From NCBI GenBank assembly GCA_002503985.1, contig DASW01000006.1:30080-94079 (forward strand): DNA of 64,000 nt. The letters are read 5' to 3'. Every line of letters begins with the position of its first letter. Within the stretch, counting starts at the first letter, position 1. The DNA is from Thermoplasmata archaeon UBA61 (GTDB taxonomy: Archaea > Thermoplasmatota > Thermoplasmata > Lutacidiplasmatales > UBA184). The position numbers were made by a program, and so were the translations under genes. Below the pieces are notes generated by a model. It was not told the DNA's origin and did not search any database. It saw only the letters and a program-made list of their open reading frames with translations. Below are positions 10,144-19,005 of this stretch, in pieces.

Positions 10144-10209
10144 TCTCTCCCTCCTCGGTCATTGCCTCACCTCTATCGACCCGGGTCCCCTACATAAGAA
10201 CGCCGTCAA

Positions 10210-10415
10210 TCGTGAAGGGGGTAGACCCCTTCCGGTAACCTGGGAACCCGCTCTTACACCCCCTTGCTTCCAGTGTCGGACGTTTGTCTGACCACTGACG
10301 TGCCGGATGGGTTTTCCTAGGGTGAGAGCAGGGGGGACGATCCGCGGACTCGGCTGCCCCTGCTGTGAGCCACTTTAGCACCCCCGGGGAGGGGGGCGAG
10401 GGCCCCTTTCCGGGA
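10210..10415 (+). ncRNA. candidate structured ncRNA with a four-helix parallel-order pseudoknot ladder
   Basis: Hairpin 10214-10232; helices 10231-37/10301-07, 10239-49/10309-21, 10250-57/10322-29, 10259-64/10330-35; central hairpin 10271-97; 3' hairpin 10383-10414; G.U pairs all on + strand; no credible ORF. Confidence 0.6.
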
Positions 10416-10450
10416 CGGCCTTAATGGCCCGACCGACCTAGGGCAGACCC

Positions 10451-11367
10451 GTGGCGCGCCTGCAGGTTCTGGACACCCTTCCGGCCTTCGAAAGGTACTG
10501 GCGAGGCGCTTCGTCGAAGCCGCTCGAGGTCCAGATTGACCGTTGGGAGCACGAGTACATGGCTGCCTGGCCGGAGCTCCTGGAGAAGCTGAGACGCAAC
10601 TACTCCGAGCTTGGAGTGGATAGGAACACATCGCCGCGACCCGGATCTTCCCGCACCTGCCCGAGAGAATGCCTCGGATCCGTCGCCTCCACCGGACCCT
10701 TCTGAGGACCCTTCCCGATTCTTGGAGGAGGACCCAACAGGTCCTGAACGTGGACTTCCCGGTGCGATTCTTGATCTACGTGGGAATCGGGGTGGGGGCC
10801 GGTTGGGCCACCCAGTACGGCGGCCAACCCGCCTGCCTGTTCGGCCTCGAGAACGCGGCGGAGCTGGCCTCCGGGAAGGATGCGGCGATGCCCGGCACGG
10901 TCTCGCACGAGGTCGCCCACCTTGCCCACGACGAGTGGAGGCGACGGAGGGGACTACGAGGCATCGTGGGACCGAGCGGACCGTTCTGGCAACTCTACGA
11001 GGAGGGGTTCGCGACGGAGTGCGAACGTCGCATCGAAGACCCCCGCTCGTTCCGGCTCCGGACCGGCCGCGCGGACTGGTTACCGTGGTGCACCCGGCAT
11101 CGGGCCTGGCTCGCCGCTAAGTTCCTCCGCGATGCGGGGGCGCGTCGATCGATGCGCCCGTTCTTTGGCTCGTGGTACAACATCCGCGGCCACATCGACT
11201 CTGGCTACTATCTCGGGCAAGAGATGGTCCGGGAGTGGACCGAGACCGCCTCATTGCGGGAGGTGGCCCTGCTACCCGAACCCGCGGTCCGAAGAAAGGC
11301 GAGGTTGACCTTGCGCCGGTGGGCGGAGGGCGAGCACACCCTACGGAAGGGCGCCCGCGTTCGATGA
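10451..11367 (+). pseudogene. HExxH zinc-metallopeptidase-like gene split by a frameshift at ~10620-10627
   Basis: Frame 1 ...YSELGVD continues naturally in another frame as HIAATRIFPHLPERMPR...YVGIGVGAGWAT...HEVAH...LYEEGFA. Confidence 0.65.
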
Positions 11368-11445
11368 CCGGCCGCGAGGGGCTCGCCGCTGACGGAAACC
11401 CCCTTAGCGCACCCCGACCTGGACCGGTCCGAGGATAGGGGACGA

Positions 11446-11667
11446 ATGAAGGAATACCGGATCCTGAGGGAGATCGAGAACGCACGGATCGGACCGAACA
11501 ACCACCAGCTCCTCGAGGACAAGATCAACGAACTCGCCCGGGACGGGTGGGTCGTGAGTTCCTTCGGGGTCACCCACGCGACCTCGGGCGTCGGTCCGAT
11601 GGTTTCGACGAACGCCTGGTTCTGCGCGCTTCTCGAGCGGGAAACTAAGAAGGCCGGCGCTCGCTAG
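11446..11667 (+). CDS. small DUF4177-like protein
   Basis: MKEYRIL...LEDKINELARDGWVVSS...LLER pattern. Confidence 0.65.
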   Translation: MKEYRILREIENARIGPNNHQLLEDKINELARDGWVVSSFGVTHATSGVGPMVSTNAWFCALLERETKKAGAR

Positions 11668-12545
11668 GGAAGGCGGAGCTCGCCTTGGACCACGGGCGCG
11701 AAGAACCCTCCCACCCGCACGTTGGTCACCTTCTCCCCCGAGCGGTCGGCTCGGGCGGAGATACGGCTCGTTCGATGGCACTCGATCCCCTGTTCGATCT
11801 CGACCGGTGAACCCGACGCGACCAGTCCGTTCCGGACCATCCACGCGGCGGCGGGGCCGGCCGCGGAACCCGTGGCGGGGTCGTCCCCTCCGTAGAACAC
11901 CATCCGCGCGTGAAGGTGCGCGTCGCCGGCCACGGTCTTTCGACAGACCGCGTAGAAGAACTGCGCATCCGTCGTCGTGAGGTATTTCTCCAGTCGGTTC
12001 CAATCGGGAGCCCAGTTCTGGAGCGCTTCCAATCGGACGAAGGGGACGATCGCGAACGGAATTCCCGTGGACACCGTCTGGATAGGCAGGTCCTTCTCGA
12101 GCTCGGCGAGGGGGACACCCAACGCGTCCGCCACGCGCTCCGGCTCGTGGACGCGACCGAACGTGGGCTCGATCTGGGTCATCTCTCCGAAGGTTCGGCC
12201 CCCGCGGTCCGAGAAGCGGACCGGCACGGGTCCGACATTGAGCTCGAGAACTACCTCGTCCCCGGCACCCTGCCCTCGGAGCACAGCGGCCGTTCCGAGC
12301 GTGGGATGGCCGGCGAACGGCATCTCCTCCCTCGTCGAGAAGATCCTCGTTCGGAAGCCCCGCGTGCGTTCCACGGATTTCTCACGACGGAGCACGAAAG
12401 TCGTCTCGGAGAGGTTGAACTCGCGTGCGATCGCGAGCATCTCGGCGTCGGTCAGTCCGGTCGCATCGGGGAGGACCGCGAGCGGGTTCCCTTCGAGCGG
12501 CGTCGTCGTGAAAACGTCGATCGTGGCGAAGGAGAACCGTCGCAT
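11664..12545 (-). CDS. PhzF family isomerase
   Basis: DVFT...GNPLAV, NLSETTF, EMPFAGHPTLG, DPATGSA. Confidence 0.92.
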   Translation of the reverse strand: MRRFSFATIDVFTTTPLEGNPLAVLPDATGLTDAEMLAIAREFNLSETTFVLRREKSVERTRGFRTRIFSTREEMPFAGHPTLGTAAVLRGQGAGDEVVLELNVGPVPVRFSDRGGRTFGEMTQIEPTFGRVHEPERVADALGVPLAELEKDLPIQTVSTGIPFAIVPFVRLEALQNWAPDWNRLEKYLTTTDAQFFYAVCRKTVAGDAHLHARMVFYGGDDPATGSAAGPAAAWMVRNGLVASGSPVEIEQGIECHRTSRISARADRSGEKVTNVRVGGFFAPVVQGELRLP

Positions 12546-12653
12546 CGAGGGGGTTGGGCCTGGGTTCCCTATTACGGTTCCATCGGGGTGGTTCTGTCCG
12601 CGTCGGTGACCGGAACGGGCCGGGAAGCGGAGAGAAGGACGCGGGCGGGGTCA

Positions 12654-13463
12654 CTAGGGCGCGCGCCCTGTCCCTAGGTCGATCCAGACTCCCTCGCTGA
12701 CCTTTTGGTAGCCGAGCCGATCGTACACCCGGATCGCCACGTCATTGTCCTGCCGCACGTAGAGGCCGACACATCCGACCGCGTTCAGGGCCTCCCTCGT
12801 GACTGCCGACGTCACTTGGGCCGCGTAGCCTTTCCCGCGGTGGCTGGGGAGGGTTCGGACACCGCCTACGATCCATACCTCGGGGGTCCTCACCAACGTG
12901 CCGGCCGCGGAGACCAGAGCGGTATCCTCGAAGATCCCATAGACGACCTCGTCGTCCAAGTGCCGGCGGTGTTCCTCCATCACCTGCTCATTGAGGGGAC
13001 TGGTACGCGAAGCGACCAGCCGAGCATACTCTTCGGCATGCTTTCCGGTCAACCGGACCGCGCGGGTCGAGAGGACCGGTCGCGCCGACCCCTTCTCGGC
13101 CGCCATGATGTTCTCGGGGTAGATGCCGCTCGTCTCGAACCGACCGGTTACCTGCGGCGCGAGCGCGGGCTCCGTGATGACGACCGCGTTCCGGGCCGGA
13201 AGATGCGCGAGCAGCGCTTCGGTCGCATCGGGTCTTCCGAACAGATGGACCCACTTCACCCCGAGCTCGCGAGCGTCGTGGACGAGCAGGTGCGCGCGAA
13301 GCTGACCGTCCACTCGCGCGGTCCACAGTTCCGTTCGAGCGGTTTCGTGGGAGAGGTCGTGGAGCACGAAGGCGTTCCGAAGGGGGTCCGAGCCCAGGTA
13401 CGACCTCAGCTCGTCGGTGACGTCCCGTACCGACTCCACCACCGTGGAACCTCTACCGGGCAT
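12654..13463 (-). CDS. GNAT family N-acetyltransferase
   Basis: VRTLPSHRGKGYA, NDVAIRVYDRLGY. Confidence 0.88.
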   Translation of the reverse strand: MPGRGSTVVESVRDVTDELRSYLGSDPLRNAFVLHDLSHETARTELWTARVDGQLRAHLLVHDARELGVKWVHLFGRPDATEALLAHLPARNAVVITEPALAPQVTGRFETSGIYPENIMAAEKGSARPVLSTRAVRLTGKHAEEYARLVASRTSPLNEQVMEEHRRHLDDEVVYGIFEDTALVSAAGTLVRTPEVWIVGGVRTLPSHRGKGYAAQVTSAVTREALNAVGCVGLYVRQDNDVAIRVYDRLGYQKVSEGVWIDLGTGRAP

Positions 13464-13644
13464 CCCGGGCGAGAGCAGCTCGTCCCGCTATCAAGTCACC
13501 CGTTCGCGGGCCCCCGAAGCCCTGTCCCCAGGGCGAACGTGGTTCCGCCACCGAGGAGGCTTGACGAGTCGGTGCGACCGAAGTAGGACCCGGACTACAC
13601 CTCGCCCGTGCCTCATCTTTAAGAGAAGAGCGCGGAATCGGTCG

Positions 13645-15045
13645 CTCACGAACGGCGACCTTCGAGACCACGAAGCCGACCTGACGCGCGTCCTCCGACG
13701 CATCGAAAGCCGCACGGCCTTCGCCGAGGCGATGGCGCAGCGGGTGCGGGGAGAGAACATGAACCTCGACTCGAAGTCCCTCAGCACCTCCGCTACTACT
13801 CCGTGGCTCGGGGTCGCGTTCCGGGCGTGGTCCGGGACGCGCTGGGTGGAGACCGCGGTCTCCGGGTTGGACGGTCGCGCGCTCGCTGTCGCCGCCGAGG
13901 CCCTAGAATCGCAGCTCGCCACCGGCCGGACGGGGGGCCCGCCCCCCGGACCGGCGGCCACGACCGTCGGGTCGTTCGACACGGCCCCGCCGCGGCCGAT
14001 GCGGGACCTGGGGACCGAGGGAACGCTCGCGCGGGTTCGAGAGCTGTTCCGATGGGCCACCGATGACCCGATGATCAAGTTCGTGCGGGTGGGTCTCAGC
14101 TGGAACGAGGAGGAGCGGCACTATCTCAACACCGCCGGAGCCAACTGTTACCAACGTTTCGACCGGGTTCGGGTCGGTGTCATTCCGGTCGCGATCGAGA
14201 ACGGTCGCTCGGAGTACGACGTTCTTCAGGTCGGCAGCCTAGGAGGCCAAGAGCTTCTCGATTCTCTCACCGAGACCCGGGTCCACCAGGCCACCGCCAT
14301 GGCCAAGGCGCTCCTGAAGTCCCGAGCTCCTCCGAGCGGGCTGATGAACGTCCTGCTCGACCCCGGGACCACCGGGACGTTCGCCCACGAATCCTTCGGT
14401 CATGGGGCAGAGGCCGACCAGTTCGTTCGGAACCGGTCGTACCTGCAGCCGCTGCTGGGAAAAACGATCGCACCGGAATTCCTGACCCTCGTGGACGACG
14501 GCTCTATTCCGGGCGCGTGGGGTTCCATCCATTTCGATGACGAGGGCCACCCGAGCCAGCGTACGCTGCTCGTGGACCACGGACGTTTCGTCGGGGCTCT
14601 CCACGACCGCGGCACGGCGTTCGCATTGGGGGCCTCACCGACCGGCAACACCCGACGGTCCGATTTCCTCGGGCAGGCGTTCGTGCGGATGACCAACACC
14701 TTGATCGAGCCGGGAGACTGGAACCTCGAAGAGCTGGTCCGCGAGACGCGCGACGGGGTCCTGCTCGAGCGTTGGGAGAGTGGGATGGAGGACCCCCTCG
14801 GGGGACAGATGCAGTTGAAGGTCCGTCGGGGTCACCGGATCGAGAACGGGCAGCTCACCGACCTCGTCTCGGCCATGGTCCTGTCGGGAGGCGTTCTCCA
14901 GTTCCTCCGGGACATTCGGGGGATCGCGAAGGACGAGAACCCCGAGATCGCGGCAGGGTACTGCGGCAAAGGCTACGGAGACCTCCTGCCCGTGGGCGAC
15001 GGGGGAGCGTACCTCCTTTCGCGAGCCTTGGTGGGGCCGTCATGA
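13645..15045 (+). CDS. tldD: TldD family metalloprotease subunit (start uncertain)
   Basis: HESFGHGAEAD, FDDEG, RMTNT, GYCGK; TTTAAG box at 13618-13623. Confidence 0.88.
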   Translation, partial: LTNGDLRDHEADLTRVLRRIESRTAFAEAMAQRVRGENMNLDSKSLSTSATTPWLGVAFRAWSGTRWVETAVSGLDGRALAVAAEALESQLATGRTGGPPPGPAATTVGSFDTAPPRPMRDLGTEGTLARVRELFRWATDDPMIKFVRVGLSWNEEERHYLNTAGANCYQRFDRVRVGVIPVAIENGRSEYDVLQVGSLGGQELLDSLTETRVHQATAMAKALLKSRAPPSGLMNVLLDPGTTGTFAHESFGHGAEADQFVRNRSYLQPLLGKTIAPEFLTLVDDGSIPGAWGSIHFDDEGHPSQRTLLVDHGRFVGALHDRGTAFALGASPTGNTRRSDFLGQAFVRMTNTLIEPGDWNLEELVRETRDGVLLERWESGMEDPLGGQMQLKVRRGHRIENGQLTDLVSAMVLSGGVLQFLRDIRGIAKDENPEIAAGYCGKGYGDLLPVGDGGAYLLSRALVGPS

Positions 15046-16472
15046 GCGCTCCCTCCAACCTCGCCGCTCGGGTCGCGGACCGGTTGCGCGGGCTCGCCGG
15101 CCCCTGGGATGTATTCGCGGAGCACTCCCGCCGATTCGAGATCCATCTTAGCGGCACTCGCGTCGAGCTCACGCGGGGCCCGTTGGATCTCGAGGGGTTC
15201 GGCCTACGGCTCCTGCGCGCGGTCGAGGGGCAAACCGGCGTCGGCTTCCAGGCATCCACCGACTTTTCGGAACGCGGGGTCCGCACGGCGGTGGAGGAGG
15301 CCGAGACGTTCGCCCGGTTCAACCAGTTCCCGGCGAAACACCCCGAGCTGCCGGGCGGGCGCCCATCGACCGGGGACGGAGCCAAGATCGTCGACCCGGC
15401 CCTGTGGTCCGACCCGGCCGGCGCGCTCGAACGGTACGGGGCCGCCCTCCTGGCCGCGTTCGAGGGACGGAACGGCGTCGTCCCGAGCTTCAGCTCTATC
15501 AAGGCAACACTCACCGAGGCCTCGGTCGCGAACTCGACAGGCCTCACCTATGCCTACGCGCACACCGCGGTCGAGACGGAGGTTGCGGTGAAGGCGTTCG
15601 GAGGGCCCGAAGGACGGCCCCCCGGGGAATATTGGTTCAGCGACCTCGGACGTCGCCTCGACCCCGGTCCGCTCCCAACCCTTGCGGCCGATTGGGCACG
15701 GTTCGCCGAGGACGCCCGTCGCGCCAAGTCGCCGCCGAACGGAGAGGTCCCGGTCGTACTCCCACCCGACGTGCTCGCGGGGATCGTTCCGGCGGTCGTG
15801 CGCTTCCAGTTCGGCGCTTCGGCGCGGCTGCGGGGTCTCGGGGTCGTGTCGGAGTCGCAGGTTGGGGCCGAGGGCCTGGATGTATTCGACGACGGGCTGC
15901 TCGACTGGGGGGTCGGTTCGTCCCCCGTCGACGACGAGGGTACCCCTCAGCGGAAGCGCAAGCTCATCTCGAACGGACGGGCGTCGCAGCTCCTCTACGA
16001 CGTGCTCCACGCCGACGCGTTGGGAGCTGCCTCCTCGGGAAACGGAGTGCGCACGTCCGGGTTCGACCCGGGCGCGAACCTCTGGTTGAAGTTCACGAGA
16101 CGCCCCGCGCCCGAAGCGAGCACGATCGTCATCCCGCCGGGAAACGGCGGAACCGATGCGGAGATCGTCGAGCAGGTCGACGACGGGGTCTGGGTGCAGC
16201 AAATCGCGTGGGCCCAACCGGACGAAATGGGCGGACGGTTCGGGGGCGAGATCCGTATCGGCTACCGCATTCGCCACGGAAAGCTGGCGGAGCCCGTACG
16301 GGGCGGCACCGTCGGCGGAGGCGTCGTCACTCGCGAAGGAACTCCATCCCTCCTGCACGACCTCTCGGTGATCGGGTCGAGGCCCAAGCTGATGGGGAGC
16401 CTATCGAGCCCGACGCTGCTGGTCCGAAACCTTTCGGTGTCGGGCGACGACCATGCACCCGCCCCCCCTTGA
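15042..16472 (+). CDS. pmbA: PmbA/TldE family protein
   Basis: ATGA overlap with tldD; VDDEGTP, SSGNG, GYRIRHGKLAEPV; lacks HExxH. Confidence 0.85.
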   Translation: MSAPSNLAARVADRLRGLAGPWDVFAEHSRRFEIHLSGTRVELTRGPLDLEGFGLRLLRAVEGQTGVGFQASTDFSERGVRTAVEEAETFARFNQFPAKHPELPGGRPSTGDGAKIVDPALWSDPAGALERYGAALLAAFEGRNGVVPSFSSIKATLTEASVANSTGLTYAYAHTAVETEVAVKAFGGPEGRPPGEYWFSDLGRRLDPGPLPTLAADWARFAEDARRAKSPPNGEVPVVLPPDVLAGIVPAVVRFQFGASARLRGLGVVSESQVGAEGLDVFDDGLLDWGVGSSPVDDEGTPQRKRKLISNGRASQLLYDVLHADALGAASSGNGVRTSGFDPGANLWLKFTRRPAPEASTIVIPPGNGGTDAEIVEQVDDGVWVQQIAWAQPDEMGGRFGGEIRIGYRIRHGKLAEPVRGGTVGGGVVTREGTPSLLHDLSVIGSRPKLMGSLSSPTLLVRNLSVSGDDHAPAPP

Positions 16473-16606
16473 CCCGTCGGAAGAACGGTGAACCCGCCGG
16501 TCCCCGCGCACCGAGCCTCCCGCCAGACTATTTGCTGTCCCCGGCTCTTCCCGCCCGCGTGACCTTCCCTACCTCGGACCCCGGGTGGGGTCCTCGCGGA
16601 CGGGCG

Positions 16607-17608
16607 ATGCCTCGCCCCTTAGCGCGATGGGTCGTCGTGGGGGCGCTTGTGGTGGCGTTCCTCACCGCGATCCCCGTGGTTTCCCTGGGAGTTTCCGCGA
16701 TCGGTCAAGATCGCGGTCCTTCCGCAGCCCCTTCCGAAACGGGACATCGGCTGCTGCCGCAGGCGTGCCGGCCGCTCGTTACCTGTTCCCAGCTTTCGGG
16801 ACGGGCCAAGAACCCCGAAGGAGGGGGGCCGGCCGATTTCCAACCGGACCACGTCGTGGCCTGGTCGCAGTTCGCTTCCCCCCCGGCCGGCTTCGGAGTG
16901 GACGGCGGAATGGTCGCGAACGCGTCGAGCGGAGAAGCCGTCGCGTTCGGGGGAGTGAGCGCGGGCGTCCTCGTCAACTCGACCTTCGTCTACACGGCGG
17001 CAACGAACCGCTGGTCCCCCCTGAATCCCCCCACGACGCCGAGCCCCCGGAGCGATTTCGACATCGCCTTCGACCCGGCGACCGGTAACGCGACCCTGTT
17101 CGGGGGATTGACGAACCTCACGAGCCTGAGCGTCTCCAACCAGACCTGGACCTACCACTTCGGGTCCGAGCGCTGGACCCTATCGACCGGAACCCCGGCG
17201 CCGCCGGCCCGTGAAGCGGCCGCGTTCGCCATCGACCCGAGCCTCGGAGTGGGCTTCCTGTTCGGGGGAGGGGTCGCCATCGGTGCCGTGGTCCTGGCGC
17301 TCGGCCTCACCGGTGATCTGGCCGTCGCCTTCGCCCTGATGCTCGGGCTGGGCGTGACCCTCGCGGTCACCAACATTCCGATCAACGTGGTATTGCAGGC
17401 CAAGATCCCCGGACGACTGCTCGGGCGGGTGGGAGCCGCGTTCGGCGCCCTCGTCACGGGAGTCAGTCCCGCGGGCCCCATCTTCGCGGGGTGGTTGGCC
17501 CAGAGATGGTCCGTGGGTGGCGTCTTCGTGTTGTCCGGGGCTGTCATTATGGTCGTGATCGGCGTGGGCGCCGTGACCATGCCTTCCCTGCGGTCCGTCG
17601 AGTACTAG
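16607..17608 (+). CDS. chimeric ORF: signal peptide plus Kelch repeats fused in frame to an MFS transporter C-terminus
   Basis: AFGG...W...PSPRS...LFGG Kelch blades, then an abrupt switch to QAKIPGRLLGRV...GPIFAGWLA MFS helices. Confidence 0.6.
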   Translation: MPRPLARWVVVGALVVAFLTAIPVVSLGVSAIGQDRGPSAAPSETGHRLLPQACRPLVTCSQLSGRAKNPEGGGPADFQPDHVVAWSQFASPPAGFGVDGGMVANASSGEAVAFGGVSAGVLVNSTFVYTAATNRWSPLNPPTTPSPRSDFDIAFDPATGNATLFGGLTNLTSLSVSNQTWTYHFGSERWTLSTGTPAPPAREAAAFAIDPSLGVGFLFGGGVAIGAVVLALGLTGDLAVAFALMLGLGVTLAVTNIPINVVLQAKIPGRLLGRVGAAFGALVTGVSPAGPIFAGWLAQRWSVGGVFVLSGAVIMVVIGVGAVTMPSLRSVEY

Positions 17609-17789
17609 CCGATTCGACCCTCCCCCAGACCGCGGGACCCGTCGACCTCGCTCGCACAAAGCCGGGTCGCGCGGGCTCGATGATCGACCGCGGGGGCTTC
17701 CCGTGGGGCATCCCGATCAGAATCCGGGCACTCGGCGTACCGTGACTCCCGGGAGGCCCACGGAATAGCGAGGAGGGGACCTGAGGAAA

Positions 17790-17911
17790 GACTTCAAGGG
17801 AGCGTTCCGTTCTTAACCTGACGTCACTCGGCCGGTCACCTTGACGCCAGGCTCCTTCACATCAGAGCTGGCACGGATTCCCGTCAGGCTTATGGACCGC
17901 ACCTGTGCGGT
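17790..17911 (+). promoter_or_regulatory. structured leader/operator region upstream of the G1 protease
   Basis: CCTGACG(17817-23)/CGTCAGG(17882-88); hairpin GCCAGGCTC/GAGCTGGC; palindrome ACCGCAC-CT-GTGCGGT 17896-17911 abutting TTTAT. Confidence 0.35.
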
Positions 17912-17936
17912 TTATCTACCATGATTCCATGGCCCT

Positions 17937-18893
17937 ATGGGGGAATTCGTCTTGGACGAGAGTCGAGGAAAGAGAGAGACTTGGCGGAAAGAGAATCGAG
18001 GCACGCCGAAGGCCCTAACGCTCGCCGTCGTCGCCATGAGCGTGATGGGATTCGGTCTCGTCGGGGCGTTCCTGGCGGGAAACGCCGTGGCCAGTAAGGT
18101 CGCGCAGTCGGCCGGCATGGGACCCGCCGCGCCGGCGCTCGCCGCGATCTTCCATGGTCCGGGAGTTCAGATGAGCGCTGTCAAGACCACCAGCGGTAAC
18201 TGGGCCGGCTACGCCGACACCGTTCCGTCCACAGCCTATGGAACGATCACCGAGGCCTTTGGTGAGTGGGTAGTCCCATCGATCAATTGCGCCAAGGCGC
18301 ACGGAGCATCGCTCAACGACAACTGGGTGGGGATTGACGGGTACGGCACCGGCACGGTAGAGCAGGCCGGCACGCTCGGCTACTGCTCGAGCTCGACCGC
18401 GACCCCGTACTACTACGACTGGTTCGAGTTCTACCCGTACAGCGCTTCCGTCGGTGAGTTCTATGTCGCCGCGGGGGACGTGATTAACGCGTACGTCCTC
18501 TACAACCCGTACGTGACCATCGGCAACGGATCCGGGATTTACACCCTGGTCGTGAACGACCTGTCCGACTACTCCGCTTCGTTCTCGGTGACCGGCACCC
18601 CGAATGCGTGCACCGCAACGGGCTGTGAGACCGGACCGGACGGCTCGGCCGAGTGCATCTCGGAGCAGGCCAGCCAGTACCTGGCCGATTACGGCACGAC
18701 GGGGTTCGTCTCGTGTGACTCCACGATCGGGGGAACCTGGTCGGGGATCGGAGGCCACGGAACCCACGCGACCCTCTACGAGATCAGCCAGAAGGAGGGC
18801 GTCAGCGGCAAGGTCGACCAGACGCCGAGCAAACTAACAACCTACGACTACAAGGACGACTACTTCACCATCACCTGGAAGCACTACGACTAG
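17937..18893 (+). CDS. secreted G1 family glutamic endopeptidase
   Basis: N-terminal TM/signal; SGNWAGY, WVVP, WVGIDG, EQAGT (catalytic Q), WFEFYP, SAECISE (catalytic E). Confidence 0.85.
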   Translation: MGEFVLDESRGKRETWRKENRGTPKALTLAVVAMSVMGFGLVGAFLAGNAVASKVAQSAGMGPAAPALAAIFHGPGVQMSAVKTTSGNWAGYADTVPSTAYGTITEAFGEWVVPSINCAKAHGASLNDNWVGIDGYGTGTVEQAGTLGYCSSSTATPYYYDWFEFYPYSASVGEFYVAAGDVINAYVLYNPYVTIGNGSGIYTLVVNDLSDYSASFSVTGTPNACTATGCETGPDGSAECISEQASQYLADYGTTGFVSCDSTIGGTWSGIGGHGTHATLYEISQKEGVSGKVDQTPSKLTTYDYKDDYFTITWKHYD

Positions 18894-18916
18894 TCGCAGA
18901 GGGTAGGAACCCTTTC

Positions 18917-18956
18917 GGGGTGTCGGGTCAACGCCCGACGCCCCTTCCTTCTTTTT
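18917..18956 (+). terminator. hairpin plus T-tract terminator
   Basis: GGGGTGTCGGG-loop-CCCGACGCCCC followed by TTCCTTCTTTTT. Confidence 0.6.
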
Positions 18957-19005
18957 AGACTACGAGACCGCTTAGGAGCGCCTCAAGCCCCCGCGGAGAG
19001 AGGAG

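Noticed and set aside
10205..10235. IS200/IS605 end or omega-RNA (GTCAA followed by a hairpin)
   Set aside because: No TnpA/TnpB/IscB ORF or remnant nearby and no downstream TTGAC partner; cannot be fully excluded without a CM search.
10330..10400. Cobalamin/TPP riboswitch or SRP RNA identity for the 10.2-kb element
   Set aside because: Only fragments resemble the consensus (GCTGCCCC, GCCAC, CAGG..CCGGAAGG); the B12 box, CTGAGA and helix-8 AGCAG are missing or misplaced.
17780..17895. RNase P RNA or c-di-AMP riboswitch (GAGGAAAG...GGCTTAT; GGGGACC...CCGTCAG)
   Set aside because: No P4 complementarity, too short, and other conserved elements are absent.
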